The notes: generated by a model from the letters alone, not told the origin. A DNA stretch of 64,000 bases from Mustelus asterias (GCF_964213995.1 NW_027590264.1:372001-436000), one strand, 5' to 3'. Shown: positions 45,029-60,724, numbered from the stretch's first letter. Made by a program: numbers and translations.

Positions 45029-48000
45029 AAATTTGTGAGCCTTGTTTTGTGGAAAGCTTTAGTGTTTGGTCAGAATGTTAATTTTTGAGTGGACCTACCA
45101 TACATTAAGCTGATCTTTCTATATACCCTATCGGTAACTGCAACACTGTATTCTGCACCCTCTCCTCTCCTTCTCCCGAATGAACTCTATGAACGGTATG
45201 TTTTGTCTGTGTAGCGTGCAAGAAACAATACTTTTCACCGTGTCCCAATACATGGGATAGGGCGACATGGTGGACAGTGTTTAGCACTGCTGCCTCACAG
45301 CACCAGGAACCCGGGTTCAATTCTCGGTTGGGAGTTGAGTTTGCACATTCTCCCTGTGTCTGCGTGGGTTTCCTCCGGGTGCCCCGGTTTCCTTCCACAG
45401 TCCAAAGATGTGCAGATTAGGTGGAATCTGAGACGCTACAGAAGCAGGGTAAAGATTTGAAAATGAAGTGTTTCTTACCCACTTTTAAAAGACAATCCAC
45501 ATTCGCACCAGTCACATTTCACACACTCTGCTCAGTCCTGTGTTGGGGGGGTGTTTAGTGCGGGATCAGTGTTTGCTTTTCTCAAACCGCAGTGATATTC
45601 TCAACAAGGGCACGAGGTTTCAGTGTTTAAACATGTAAAGATTACAAAACTAAACCAGACAGAAAGTGATGAGGCCTCACACCTTCAATGTAGTAATCTT
45701 TGCTCAGAGTCAGAGAGATTGTGGGTTCAGGTCAGAGCCTGAAATACTAGGCCCTTAGCATCGAGACACACAGAGACAGAGAAACACAGAGACAGAGACA
45801 GATACAGAGAAATGCAGAGACAGAGAGACACACACAGATACATAGAGATATATAAACACAGAGGCAGAGAGAGAGACACAGATCCAGAGAAGTACAGAGA
45901 CAGAGAGACACACAGATACAGAGAAATAGAGACAGAGAGAAACAAAGAGAGAGACACAAACACAGAGACAGAGTGAAATATACAAATATACAGAGAGAGA
46001 CACAGATACAGAGAAATACAGAGACAGATACACAGAGAGATAGAGACACAGAGAGATAGAGACACAGAGAGACACACAGATACACAGAGAGATAGAAACA
46101 GAGAGACACACAGACACACAGAGAGATAGAGACACAGAGAGACACACAGATACACAGAGAGATAGAGACAGAGAGACACACAGACAGATAGAGACACAGA
46201 GAGATAGAGACACAGAGAGACACACAGATACACAGAGAGATAGAAACAGAGAGACACACAGACACACAGAGAGATAGAGACACAGAGAGACAGAGAGACA
46301 CACAGATACACAGAGAGATAGAGACAGAGAGACACACAGATACACAGTGAGATAGAAACAGAGAGACACACAGATACACAGAGAGATAGAGACACAGAGA
46401 GACGCACAGATACACAGAGAGATAGAGACAGAGAGACACACACATAAACACACCAACAGAGAAATACAGAAAGAGAGTTTGGCAAAGTCAGATTTTATTT
46501 TCCATTCAATATTTATTTACAAATTCAGAGAATATTTGACAGGAAAATTGATTTTAAAGTTAACAAAAGTGAATCTGACCTTTGAGCTTCACAATGAGAT
46601 CAGAACCCCCCCCCCCCGCTCTGAACTGCCCAATATCTGTACAGCTGTACCAGACACCAGAAAGAGAAAACCAGAGCTCAACATCACGGGAAATGAACAA
46701 TTGTGAACAAGGAACGAGAAAAGTTATTAATTTATACCTGAGATTTAAACTACAGGAAAACTATTAACTACAATTACATTACAACAAAAGTTACCTTCTA
46801 CATTTCACACTGAAAACTGAACTACCGCCCACAATTGTCTCAGTGACAGATTCAGAATGATAAACTGAGAGAATTTCACTGTTGGAGTCACCGACAGCAG
46901 ATATTGTATTTGTGTCAATCAGGAATCTTAATAATCAGCTGAGGGAAATCTACACCGTCCAAAATTCAACCCATCACTTGATCTGTAAAAGAAAGATACA
47001 ATAATGAAGCAGATGTTTATGATGCGGGACATTAATGTTAGAGTTTTTAATCAATGAATCATTTAGAGATTTTTCAAATCCCTTCTGTCAGTTTGACAAT
47101 CCACTCTGACACCAGTCACATTTCACACACTCTGCTCAGTCCTGTGTTGGGGGGGTGTTTAGTGTGGGATCAGTGTTTGCTTTTCTCAAACCGCAGTGAT
47201 ATTCCCAACAAGGGCAAGAGATTTCAGTGTTTAAAAATGTAAAGATTTCAGAACAAAACCAGACAGAGAGTGATGAGGCCTCACACCTTCAATGTAGTGA
47301 TTCCCCCAATCTTTCCTTTTGTATATTGTTTCCTTCGTCTGTCTGAAGTATTGGAGACGTCGACATCACTGAAACAATACAATCTCTCGGGACAATCACT
47401 GTAAACAGCTTCTGGAAACAAATTAACACTTTAATCACCCAAAAAGCTGAATGTCCATTCAAACACCTCCCTCCCCATATCCTTGTAAATGCAAAGATAA
47501 CTCCCATTTCCCCAAAGCAGGAAGATGTGAAATGGAAACATCTTCAGCTTTTTACACACTGCACTTTTCCACGGACCAAAATGTTTCAAAACATTTGCTG
47601 AAGTTTTGTTTTAAACTCTTTATCAATGTCCTTCCAGGTTTAGTGTGAAGGTTTGTGTTCCACACTGAGCCCCTCTCAGTCTCCACACGGAGCTTGTGTG
47701 TGTGCTGATGCTCCTGTCATTTTGGATGGATACTGTGTGAAGCTGCATTCTCTCCCAGTGAGTTTCTGATCTACTTCACTCTCTCTGCGGCTGGAGCAAT
47801 GTCCAGCAGGCAGCAGAGGATGGCAGTGTATCACTGTCAGCACAATATAGACAAACAGCCTTTAGCAAGAGAGGCTTTGACCCTTTTTCAAACCAAATCC
47901 CCAATTTGATGTTTCCAGCTGCGCTGTTTACAATGCTGCTGAATATTGTGTGTCTTTGGTAAACTGGGATGTGTAGCATTCAGTCACATTAAGTGGTCAA

Positions 48001-49040
48001 TAAATATGTCCACACTGTGTATATCTTTCTGTGTGTGTGTGTCAGCGTGCATGTGTGTCAATGTATTTAAATCTCAAAGGAAAATAGGAGCAGGTGTAGG
48101 CCATTTGGCCCATCGATCCTGCACCAGCATTCAAACAGATCATGGTGCACGTACGCACACAAAACACGCACACACCAACACACACAAAACACGCACACAG
48201 CAACACACACAAAACACGCACACACCAACACACACAAAGCACGCACACACACAAAACACACACACACAAGCACACATAAAACACGCACAAAAAGCACACA
48301 CACAAATCACACACACAAACAATAAACGCACACACACACAAACACACACACACGCATCAAACACACAGTTAGCACTGCTGCCTCACAGTGCCAGGGACCC
48401 GGGTTCGATTCCCGGCTTGGGTCACTGTCTGTGCGGAGTTTGCACGTTCTCCCCGTGTCTGTGTGGGTTTCCTCCGGGTGCTCCGGTTTCCTCCCACAGT
48501 CTGAAAGACGTTCTGGTTCGGGTGCATTGGCCGTGCTAAATTGTCCCTCCGCGTCAGGGAGACGAGCTCGGGTAAATGCATGGGGTAATGGGGATAGGGC
48601 CTGGGTGGGATTGTGATCGGTGCAGACTCAATGAGCCAAATGGCCTCCTTCTGCACTGCAGGAGTCTAGGATTCTATGAAAACACAGAGAAACAGATATT
48701 CTCACCCAGTAACACTCAGACGCACACAGTAATAAACACANNNNNNNNNNNNNNNNNNNNNNNNNNNNNNNNNNNNNNNNNNNNNNNNNNNNNNNNNNNN
48801 NNNNNNNNNNNNNNNNNNNNNNNNNNNNNNNNNNNNNNNNNNNNNNNNNNNNNNNNNNNNNNNNNNNNNNNACACAATCGATTTGCGTCTTGAACATGCT
48901 GAATGATTGGGCTTCCACATCCCCCTGGAATAGAAAATTCCAAAGATTCACCACCCTCTGAGTGAAGAAATTCCTCCTCATCTCAGTCTTCAATGGTCTG
49001 CCCCTGATTCTGAGATTGTGTCCCCTGGTTCTAGTCTCAC

Positions 49041-49772
49041 TGCCCGAAACCTCTCTCGGTTATTACAATCTGGGCCTTGTATCAGTAATCTCTGCCCGAA
49101 ACCTCTCTCGGTTATTACAATATGGGCCTTGTATCAGTAATCTCTGCCCTACAACTCTCTCAGTTATTACAATCTGGGCCTTGATTCAGTAAACTCTGCC
49201 CTAAACCTCTCTCAGTTATTACAATCTGGGCCTTGTATCAGTAAACTCTGCCCTAAACATCTCTCAGTTATTACAACCTGGGACTTATATCAGTAAACTC
49301 TGCCCGAAACCTCTCTCAGTGATTACAATCTGGGACTTGTATCAGTAATCTCTGCCATAAACCTCTCTCAGTTATTACAATATGGGCACTGTGTCAGTAA
49401 TCTCTGCCCTACAACTCTCTCAGTTATTACAATCTGGGCCTTGATTCAGCAAACTTTGCCCTAAACCTCTCTGTTATTACAATCTGGGCCTGGTATCAGT
49501 AATCTCTGCCCTAAACCTCTCTCAGTCATTACAATCTGGGCTTTGTATCAGTAATCTCTGCCCTAAACCACTCTCAGTTATTACAATCTGGGTCTGGTAT
49601 CAGTAATCTCTGCCCGATACCTCTCTCAGTTATTACAATCTGGGCCTTGATTCAGCAAACTCTGCCCTAAACCTCTCTCAGTTATTACAGTCTGGGCCTG
49701 GTGTCAGTAATCTCTGCCCTAAACCTCCCTCTGTTATTACAATCTGGGTCTTGTATCAGTAATCTCTGCCCT
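49041..49772 (+). repeat. 52-bp satellite array 3
   Basis: Same unit, with the same right-hand junction as array 1. Confidence 0.97.
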
Positions 49773-52700
49773 TCAGCTGATTGGAGAATATCATTGTGAA
49801 TATTAGTGTGTTTGGGATGTAATATTTTCCTGCTGGTGCCAATATGGCTATTTTTAACATAGTTTCTGGGATCCTCCAGTCTCCCCTCAGCAGCTTTCTG
49901 GGCAGTGAGAGGTGACACACCGTTCACTAGCAGAGGGAGTTTTTGGTCCTGTCGCTGTCAATGGGATTTCCCATTGAAGTCACCTCACGCTAGCAGGAAA
50001 CCAGAGGCAGGGGAACGAGAGCAGAGAATTCCCCACGAGTGAACAGCCGGAGAATCCCGGACAGTCGCTCCTTTCCCAGTTATCACTGCACTCAACCCAG
50101 TCGCTGTTTATACGCTCAGTTGTCTCAGTGAATACTACATTACACCATGCTGCTGTGGACACTACAATCAACCCTTTTTGAGTTCTCACTGTATTAATAC
50201 CATGTATGGATTGATATTTCATTGGACAATGTGCTGGGTTAGATGAATATTTATTGATTCTTGTGATGTGGGTGTCACTGGCTAGGTCAGCATTTATTGC
50301 CCATTCCTAGTTGCCCTGGAGGAGGTGGTGGTGAGCTGCCGTCTTGAACCCGCTGCTGTCTATGTGGTGTAGGTACACCCACAGTGCTGTTAGGGAGGGA
50401 ACCTGCTTAAATTATCACTGCATTTAACCATGTCACTCTTTATAAAAAATAAACTAGACCATGTCTGGGTAATGAATGTGGAGCATGTCTCCATTTCTCT
50501 TTACCTCAGCACTGTATCTGTGTATGTAACACTTTATACAGTTTCAATGTTATTTATTAGTGTCACAAGAAGGCTTACATTAACACTGCAATGAAGTTGC
50601 TGTGAAAATCCCCTAGTTGCCACACTCCGGCGCTGTTCGGCTTCACTGAGGGAGAATTTAGCATGGCCAATCCACCGAACAGCATGTCTTTCAGACTGTG
50701 GGAGGAAACCAGAACACTCGGAGGAAACCCAGACACGGGGAGAACATACAGACTCCACACAGACAGTGACGCAAGTCGGGAATCGAACCCCGGTCCCTGG
50801 CGCTGAGAGGCTGCAGTGCTAACCACTGCACCACCCCTATAAACTAGATACAGTTTCTCTTCTTAATGCATGGGGCCATCCCTCTGTATATACTACAATT
50901 GGTCTTTACTTAGTTATTGCTTCACTCAACTATGTCACTGTTTCCAATGCACTCAGTGAAGTCACAGTTATTGACGCACGCAGCCATGCCTCTATCTACA
51001 CCACACCCGACAATTTCTAAGCTGTTGCTGCACTTCCCCAGGAATAGATTTGATCTGTTTCTCTTACATTCAGCATCATCGGAGATACTGCTGTGTTCGG
51101 CCTTGTTTCATTCATTACTCAACTCACCTGTGTCTCAGTTTTATTTTACACAAGTTCCTGTCTTTCTTATTCCTACATTCTACCCTGTTTCAGTTGTTAC
51201 TGCACTGAAAAATCTCTCTGTTAGGTAGACAGAGAAAGAGAGTCAGCTGGATGGATAGACGAATATTCCTTTCAAGTTATATATTTGTGTGGGTCAGCTG
51301 GTGCCACCACTCTTGTTTGGAACAGTTTTTGTTTGGTCTTGTTACCAGCTATTGGGTGTTGTGTGAAATGTCCAATTGCTCCAGTATTGTGTGTGTAATA
51401 TTGGTGTTGAAAGATTGGGTGAATTTCGCTCGAGTCTCTTGGAGATGAGCAGAAATTGAGGAAGGGAAATAAAGTTGAACATCGGTAAAGGGAAAGTGAC
51501 CACAGTCCCAGATGACGATCTGCTGCTCTCCCCTTTGAGGGGGAGAACTCACTGGCGGTGATTTACCACACCTCAGGCCAGGGGAAAGGTTGAAAGGGTT
51601 GGGCTTTCATGACGTGTTGGAGACTTTGTGCATCTCAAACCAGCTGTCCAGCCAACTGAGTGAACCAACTTCCATATTGCCACATTTCAATGCATGTTGC
51701 ACAACCTGGTCACAAACTATTGCATTGGAGATTACTCACTGATATTGGGATTGATCTGTGACAATTCTCACAGTCGCATATGTGTGTGTGTTTGTGTGTG
51801 TATGTTTCTGTCTGTGTGCATGTTAGTGGATATGTTTTTACAGATTCCCAGAGAGAGAGAGAGAGCGAGAGATGCAGAGACCAACAGATGACAGAGTCAA
51901 GGGGAGTGAGAGAAAGAGAGAGCCAGATTGAGAGAGGCACTGAGAGACAATGTCTGTCCAAATCCTCTTGAAGCCACTTTGCATTTTCCTCACAACTCAC
52001 ATTCCCACCGAGCTTTGTGTCAACCGCAAACTTGGAAATATTACATTAGGTCCCCACATCCAAATCATTGATAAACATTGTGAACATCTGGGAACAAAGT
52101 CCAGATCCTTGTGGCACAGCCGGCCGACACAAGACGGAGAAATCATCTGGCCGGGAACACAACAGCGACATTTTTCAGGGAAGCTTGGAGCCAGCTGTGT
52201 CTCAGTGGATCATAATCTGACCTCAGAATCATTCCATTGTGGCTTCAGTTACAGCATCAAATTCTCGGCCAGGCTGGAAAACAAATCACTCCTCAAATCC
52301 CCAAATAAAACGTTCTGGGATCTGAACTTAAAATGCTGTAACTGATCATGGAGGAAAGAGTGGGGTCTAATAGACACTGAGAAGATAACTTGCATCTGAA
52401 TCATAGAACGGTGACAGCGCAGGAGGCCATTCAGCCCCATCAAGCCAGTGCGACACTCTGCAAGAGCAATGTCACTATTCCCACTCCTCCACCCTTTCCC
52501 CGTCACCCTGTAAATATTTCCCCTTCAGCTTCCCATTCAACTTCTCCTGGAAGTCCTTGATGGAATCTGCTTCCACCTCACGCTCAGACAGTACATTCCA
52601 GATACTGGACACTCACTACGTTAGAAACATTTCCTCATGTTGCCGCTGTCGCCATTTACCTGAATTCAGCATCCTCTGGTTTTCAACCTTTCCCCCAATG

Positions 52701-55700
52701 TGCCGATTATCTCAAAGCCGATTCTCTCAGTCCCGGGACGTCCCTGCAGGAGTTCCTCAGGGTGAGTGTCCGAGGCCCCAACCATCTTCAGCTGCTCCAT
52801 CACTGACCTTCCCTCCATCACAAGGTCTGAAGTGGGGATGTTCGCTGATGATTGCACAATGTTCAGCACCATGCGCAACTCCTCAGATACTTAAACAGAA
52901 AATAAGAACATACCAAACAGGTCAGGCAGCATCTGTGGAGAGAGAAACAGATTCTGGGACCAGGGGGACTGAGAGACAGGCAGATTGAGAAAAATATGCA
53001 CGCACACTAACACTCACACTCAGACAGCCTAAAACTAAACAGATATATAATGGAGGAGGAATCCCTTCTCCCTCTGTAAATAGAGATTAACTAGATTTCT
53101 CTTCCAAAAAGACAGCACATCTGGATGGGCAGAATAGTCTCCAATTCTACCCATGGTCCTTTTCTGATCTCCATTCTTCACATCTGCACACGTTGGCTTC
53201 AGCTCCAGTTTGTGAATGAAAGCAAACCCCTGTTCATTACAAATCCACTCAGCCTTTTCCCTCTGCTCTCTCCACACACAATCTACAAGACACAAACAGG
53301 AAAGATGGATTCCAGGAGAGAAAGGTCACACCTGATCCTCCTCTCAATGGATTCTCTGTCGCCAGAGAGAACATTCCAGCTCCTACAGAAAGTCACAACT
53401 GATTCATGTCAGGGACAGAATTGGAATGAATTAGACACAAGAGAGATGAAAGGATTCTGCTCATCATAAAAAGCTAAAGAGTCACTCAATGTCATTAAGG
53501 GAGAGACCTCGCTGGTCTATCTTTGACCCAAGTCACACACTGACTCTGAATGTCCTCACAGCAACTTGGGGGATGGACATTTCTAAAGTACTATTCATGG
53601 CTTTAGGGTTTCCAAAAGTGTTTCACCGACAATGGAGTGCTTTTGAAATGTTGTCAGTGTTATTTAGGAAATAAGCAAAATTTTGACGCCACACGCATTG
53701 AGTTTAAAAATTGGCAAGCCATGTTGCAGCTTTATAGAACCATTGTTAGGCCGCACTTGGAATGTAGTGTTCAATTCTGGCCGCCACACTACTAGAAGGA
53801 TGTGCAGGCTTTGGAGACGGTACAGAAAAGATTTACCAGGATGTTGCCTGGTATGGAGGGCATTAGCTATGAGGAGAGTTTGGAGAAACTTGGTTTGTTC
53901 TCACTGGAATGACGGAGGCAAGGGGGGTGACCTGATAGAAGTCTACAAGATTATGAGAGGCATGGACAGAGTGGATAGTCAGGAGCTTTTTCCCAGGGTT
54001 GAAGAGTCAATTACTCGGGGGCACAGGTTTAAGGTGCGAGGGACAAGGTTTAAAGGAGACGTACGAGGCAAGTTTTTTACACAGAGGGTGGTGGTGCCTG
54101 GAACTCGCTGCTGGGAGAGGGAGTGGAAGCAGATACGATAGTGAGTTTTAAGGGGCGTCTGGAGAAATACAAGAATAGGATGGGAATAGAGGGATATGGT
54201 CCCCGGAAGGGGAGGGGGTTTTAGTTCACACATGGTTGGTGCAGGCTTGGAGGGCCGAAGGGCCTGTTCTTGTGCTGTAATTTTCTTTATTCTAATTTCA
54301 GAGAGAGATATATACAGATACAGAGCCATAGAGAGACAGAAACAGGATGGGATTGTGCTGTACATGTTTCCGAGCTGACATTGAGACACACACGAGATGT
54401 ACACCAATGATTTGGATGAGGGAACCAAAAATAATATTTCCAAGTTTGCTGATGCCATGAAACTTGTTGGGAATGTGAGTAGTGAGAAGGATGTTAAAAT
54501 GTTTCACAGTGACTTCAGCAAATTGAGTGAATGGGTAAATCCGTGGCAGATGCTGCATAACGTGGACAAACGAGAATTTAACTACTTCGGACAGAGAAGC
54601 AGAATGGCAGAGGATGATTTAAATGGTGATAGATTGGGAAATGTTGATATACAAAGGGACCTGGGTGTCCTAGTACACCAGAGACTGAAAGCAAGCATGC
54701 AGCTACAGCAAACAGTTAGGAAGGCAAATGATATGTTGGCCTTCATTGCAAGAGAACTTGAGGAAAGGAGCAAGGATGTCTTACTGCAGCTGTACAGGCC
54801 CTCGGTGAGACCACACCTGGAATATTGTGTACAGTTTTTGTCTCTGTAACTATGAAATGCTGCACTTACCATAGAGGGAGAGCAGCGGAGGCACACCAGA
54901 CTGATTCCTGGGATGGCAGGATTGTCGTATGAGGAGAGATTGAGTCGACTGGGCCTGTATTCACTGGAGTTCCGAAGAATGAGAGGGGGTCGAATTGAAA
55001 TGTGTAAATTCTGACTGGGCTGGAGTGACTGAATACAGGGATGTTGTTTCCTCCAGCTGAGGGGCTGAGGGGGTGGGGAGAGGGGGGGGGGGGGGGGAGA
55101 GGCTGGAACAAGGGGTCACAGATGGTGAAACTTTGCAATATGTTTAATCTGTAGAAACCTATCCATCTCAGTCTGTGAACGATGACTGAGCCTCCACAGC
55201 CCCCTGGGACAGGGAATTCCAAAGATTCACCATCCTGCAAGCACATGGAATTCAGGAAAACTTGGCGAGATGGATCGGAAACTGGTTTAGTAATTGGACA
55301 CAAAGGGTGGTGTTGGAAGGCTGTTTGAGTGGCTGGAGGCCGGTGTCCAGTGGTGCACCACAAGGCTCCGTGCTGGGGGGCTAGTTGTTGTTATACATAA
55401 ATGAGACAGATGATAATGTGGGGGCAATGATAAGCAAGGTTCCAGATGACACCAAGATTGGTAGGATGGTTAATAGTGAAGAAGGTTGTAGGTTACAGGA
55501 AGATATCGCTGGGTTGGTCAGATAGGCAGAGCAGTGGCAGATGGTATTTGACCCTGATAGGTGCGAGGTGATGCACTTTGGAAGCAGTAACAAGGCAAGG
55601 GAGTATTTAATGAGTTGCAGGACACTGGGAAGCTCAGAGGAACATATGGATCTTGGGCAATTATTCACAGATCCCTGAAGGCAGCAGAGCAGGTGAATCA

Positions 55701-58700
55701 AGTGGTAAAGAAGGCAGATGAGACACTTGCTTTTATCAGTCATGGCGCAGAGTAGAAGAGCAAAGAGTTAATGTTGGAGTTGTACAGAGCGTTGGTTAGG
55801 CCACAGCTGGAGTACCGTGTGCAGATCTGGTCACCACACCAGAGGAAGGATATGATAGCACTAGAGGGGGTACAGAGGAGGCTCAGCAGCAAGTTGCCTG
55901 GGATGGAGTATTTGAGCTATAAGGAGAGACTGGAAAGGTTTGGATTGTTTTCATTAGAGCAGAGAAGGCTGATTGAGGTGTATAAGATTATGAGGGGTAT
56001 GGACAGGGTGAATAGGAAACAGCTGTTCCCCTTGGTTGAGGGGTCAATCATGAGGGGACATAGTTTTAGGGCAAAGGGCAGGAGATTCAGAGGAGAGTTG
56101 AGAAAAACATTCACTCAGCGGGTGATGGGAATCAGGAATGTACTGCCTGGGAAGGCAGTGGAGGTCGGAAACCTTACAACCTTTCAAAAGCATTTGGATG
56201 AGCACTTGAAACATCACAACATTCAAAGATATGGTACAAGAGATGAAAATTGGATTAGCACAACTTCAGTGGTAGTTACTTGTTGCTGCAGACTCAATGG
56301 GTCGAAGGGCCTTTTCTTCACTGTACCACTCTATGACTCTGAGGGAAGAAATTCCTCCTCACAGGAAGCAGAGAGTCGGAATAAATGGGTACTTTTCTGG
56401 TTGGCGGATGGTAACTAGTGGCGTGCCGCAGGGATCGGTACTGGGGCCTCAACTATTTACCATTTATATAGACGATCTGGAGGAGGGGACTGAGTGTAGG
56501 GTAACAAAGTTTGCAGACGACACAAAGATAAGTGGAAAAGTGAATCGTGTGGAGGGCGTAGAAGGTATGCAGAGAGATTTGGACAGGCTGAGTGAGTGGG
56601 CGAGGATCTGGCAGATGGAGTATAACGTTGACAAATGCGAGTTTATTCACTTTGGAGGAAATAATAGTAAATTGGATTATTATCTAAATGGAAAAAAATT
56701 ACAACATGCTGCTGTGCAGAGGGACCTGGGGGTCCTTGTGCATGAGACGCAAAAACCCAGTCTGCAGGTGCAACAGGTGATCAAGAAGGCAAACGGGATG
56801 TTGGCATTTATCGCGAGGGGGATAGAATATAAAAGCAGAGATGACTTGCTGCATCTGTACAGGGCATTGGTGAGGCCGCAGCTGGAATACTGTGTGCAGT
56901 ATTGGTCCCCTTATTTGCGGAAGGATATATTGGCCTTGGAGGGAGTGCAGAGAAGGTTCACCAGGTTGATACCAGAGATGAGGGGTGTTCATTATCAGGA
57001 GAGACTGATGGAAACATCCTTCCTGTATCTACTCAGCTAATGTTTGGGGGTTGGGGAGAGTTATAGAACAAAGAGATCTCGGGGTACAGGTTCATAGCTT
57101 CTTGACAGTGGAGTCACAGGTGGACAGAGTGGTGAAGAAGGCATTCAGCATGCTTGGTTTCATTGGTCAGAACATTGAATACAGGAGTTGGGACGTCTTG
57201 TTGGAGTTGTACAAGACATTGTTAAGGCCACGCTGGGAATACTGTGTACAGTTCTGGTCACCCTATTTTAGAATGGATATTATTAAACTAGAAAGAGTGC
57301 AAAAAAGATTTACTAGGATGCTACCGGGACATGATAGTTTGGGTTTTAAGGAGAGGTTGCACAGACTGGGACTTTTTTCCCTGTAGCGTAGAAGACTGAG
57401 GGGTGATTTTATAGAGGTCTATAAAATAATGAGGGGCACAGATCAGCTAGATAGTCAATATCTTCTCCCAAAGGTAGGGGAGTCTAAAACTAGAGGGCGT
57501 AGGTTTAAGGTGAGAGGGGAGAGATACGAAAGGGTCCAGAGGGGCAATTCTTTTCACACAGAGGGTGGTGAGTGTCTGGAATGAGCTGCCAGAGGTAGTA
57601 GTAGAGGCGGGTACAATTTTATGTTTTAAAAAGCATTTAGACAGTTACATGGGTAAGATTGGTATAGAGGGATATGGGCGAAACACAGGCAATTGTGATT
57701 AGCTTAATGGTAAAAACTGGGCGGCATGGACAAGTTGGGCCAAAGCGCGTTTCCATGCTGTAAACCTCTATGACTCGACCCTGCTGAGCCCTGTAAGAAT
57801 TGTCCAAGTTTGAATGAGGTCACCTCTCATGCTTCTCAAGTGCATAAAGTAAAAGTCCATTTTCTTTCCTCAGGACAATCCCTCCATCCCAGGAATTAAT
57901 GCAGTGAAATGTCATTGAAGTCCCTCTCGGACAAGAATGTCTTTCCTTCGGTAAGAGGATAAAACTGTCCACAACACTCCGTGTGTGGTTTCACCACTAA
58001 TTCAGCCTCTCCCACATCCCCTTGAAGAGTCTACATCCCCCTCACAACTCACACTTCCACCTGCTTTCATGTCATCTGCAAACTCGGAAATATTACATTT
58101 GATCCCAAACGTCCAAATCAATGATATGGATTGTGAATAGCTGGGCTCCCGAGTACTGATCCTTGTGATAAGCCGCTGGTCACAGCCTGCCACCCTGAAA
58201 ATGACCCATTTGTACCTAAGCTCTTTTTTCTCTCCGTTAACCATTTCTCAATTCATGCCAGTATTATCAGGGTAAATACGTTGCATCACGGGGATAGGGC
58301 CTGGGTGGGAATGTTGTTAGCGCAGGCTCGATGGGCTGTATGGCCTCCTTCTGCACTGTAGGGATTCCATGATTCTAATATGTACATACGTCAGTGAAGG
58401 TGGCAGGGCACTTTGAGAGAGCAGTAAATGAAGTATATGGTATCCCAGCTTTTATTAATGGAGGAATTGAGGACAAGAGTAAGGAGTTCATATTGAACTT
58501 GTATAAGACACTCGTTAGGCCGCATCTGGAGACTGCGCCCAGTTCTGGGCATTGGAGAGAGTGCAGAGGAGATTCACAAGAATGATTCCAGGGAATAAGA
58601 TCCGTAGCTACGAGGGTAGATTGGAGAGGTTGGGACTGTTTTCCTTGGAGGAAAGAAGGCTGAGGTGAGACTTGAGAGAGAGATTCAAGATCCTAAGGGG

Positions 58701-59826
58701 TATCAACAGGTTAAAGAGTGAGAAACTCTTCCCTCTCAAGAGATGGTCATGAACTAGAGGGCACAGATTCTAAATGATGGGGAAATGGATCAGAAGTGAA
58801 GTGAGGAAAAGCACTTCATCAAGAGGGTGTTTGGAATCTGGAACAATCTTCCTGAAAGCCTGTTCCAATATTCAATAAGATCCTGGCTGATCTGTGATCT
58901 AACTCTCTGTCTCTTAACCCCTTGGACTAAGGAAAATCTATCAACCCCAGATTTAAAATAATAACAAGTGACTGAGCATCAATAGCCATTTGCAGAAGAT
59001 TGTTTCAAACTAACTCCACACCACATCTGGCAATGTTTCCATTTCTACAATTCTAAAATTCTAAACTGAGGCTAACATTCAAATATTCCCAAATCCTGGA
59101 GTTCCCAGCCAGCAGAAAAACTTGTTCTTTATCAGCCTCTCCCTTTCCCTCATTATTTTCAATGTTTGATTAAATCAGCCCCCAACTTAAATTCCAGCGG
59201 TTAAGAATAATGTTTAATCTGCACTGTTCATCAAATGTTCCCAACACAAATACTGTAATGGGGTAAATACAGAGTAAAATCCCCTCTGCTCTGTCCAAGG
59301 AATGTTTCATCACAGATTTTTATTTGAAGTTTAGGAAAAACAGGGATCAAATTGCTCAGCATCCCAGTGTGGCCTCCTGTTTATTTCAATCAGCCCTTCC
59401 CATTCAAACATGAAGTTGAAGCTTCGAATACTGTCTGTGGCAGCGTTTGTGGATTCAGTTATTCTCCTGCTTTTTCACTTGTCTGAAGGATTTGAATTCT
59501 CGACATTGTTTAATCATTCCTTTCTCTCAGCACATGGAACTTGTGAATCTTCAAGGCAGACAATCTCATGTAATTAACAACAAACTGCATCTTTATTCAT
59601 CCGTCCATTTCCTATCTCTGAATAGATCACACACATTTCCAGAATGCAGGAANNNNNNNNNNNNNNNNNNNNNNNNNNNNNNNNNNNNNNNNNNNNNNNN
59701 NNNNNNNNNNNNNNNNNNNNNNNNNNNNNNNNNNNNNNNNNNNNNNNNNNNNNNNNNNNNNNNNNNNNNNNNNNNNNNNNNNNNNNNNNNNNNNNNNNNN
59801 NNNNNNNNNNNNNNNNNNNNNNNNNN

Positions 59827-60690
59827 AGAGAGTGTGTGAGAAAGTGTGTGTGTGTGAGAGAGAGTGTGTGGGAGAGAGAGAGAGTGTGTGAGGAAGTGTG
59901 TGTGTGAGAGAGAGTGTGTGAGAAAGTGTGTGTGTGAGAGAGAATGTGTGTGAGAGAGTGAGTGTGTGCGAGAGAGAGAGAGTGTGCGTGAGAGAGAGTG
60001 TGTGTGAGAAAGAGTGTGCGGGTGAGCAAGAGTGTGTGTGAGAGAGAGAGTGTGTGTGTGAGAGAGAGTGTGTGAGANNNNNNNNNNNNNNNNNNNNNNN
60101 NNNNNNNNNNNNNNNNNNNNNNNNNNNNNNNNNNNNNNNNNNNNNNNNNNNNNNNNNNNNNNNNNNNNNNNNNNNNNNNNNNNNNNNNNNNNNNNNNNNN
60201 NNNNNNNATATGTTTGAGAGAGAGTGTATATGTGCGAGAGAGAGTGTGTGTGAGACAAAGTGTGTGTGTGAGAGAGAGTGTGTGTGTGACAGAGAGTGTA
60301 TGTGTGAGAGAGTGAGTGTATGTGTGTGAGAGGGTGTGTGTATGTGTGTGAGAGAGTGAGTGTATGTGTGTGTGAGAGAGTGAGTGTATGTGTGTGTGAG
60401 AGAAACTGAGTGCATGTGTGTGAGAGTGTGTCAGTTGGAGAGAATGCATGGGTGAGAGTGTGTGAGCGTGAAAGTGTGTGTGAGAGAATGTGTGAGAGAG
60501 AACGTGTGTGTGAGAGAGAAAGTGTGTGTGAGAGAATGTGTGTGAGAGAGAAAGTGTGTGAGAGAGAGAGAAAGAGTGTGTGTGACAGAGAGAAAGAGCA
60601 TGTGTGTGAGTGAGAGAGTGCGTAAGAGATAGCGTATGTGTGTGTGAGAGACAGAGAGAGCATGTGTGTGTGTGTCTGAGAGTGTGTGTG
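59827..60690. repeat. (GA)n(GT)n compound microsatellite
   Basis: GAGAGAGTGTGT-type repeats containing an N gap. Confidence 0.95.
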
Positions 60691-60724
60691 TGACCTGATC
60701 TTCCTCTGCAGTCTATCAGTAACT

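Larger units (their letters stand above)
37661..59652 (+). repeat. Segmental duplication unit B (internally rearranged)
   Basis: See unit A. The same repeats, ORFs and unique spacers recur with only scattered substitutions and indels. Confidence 0.93.
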
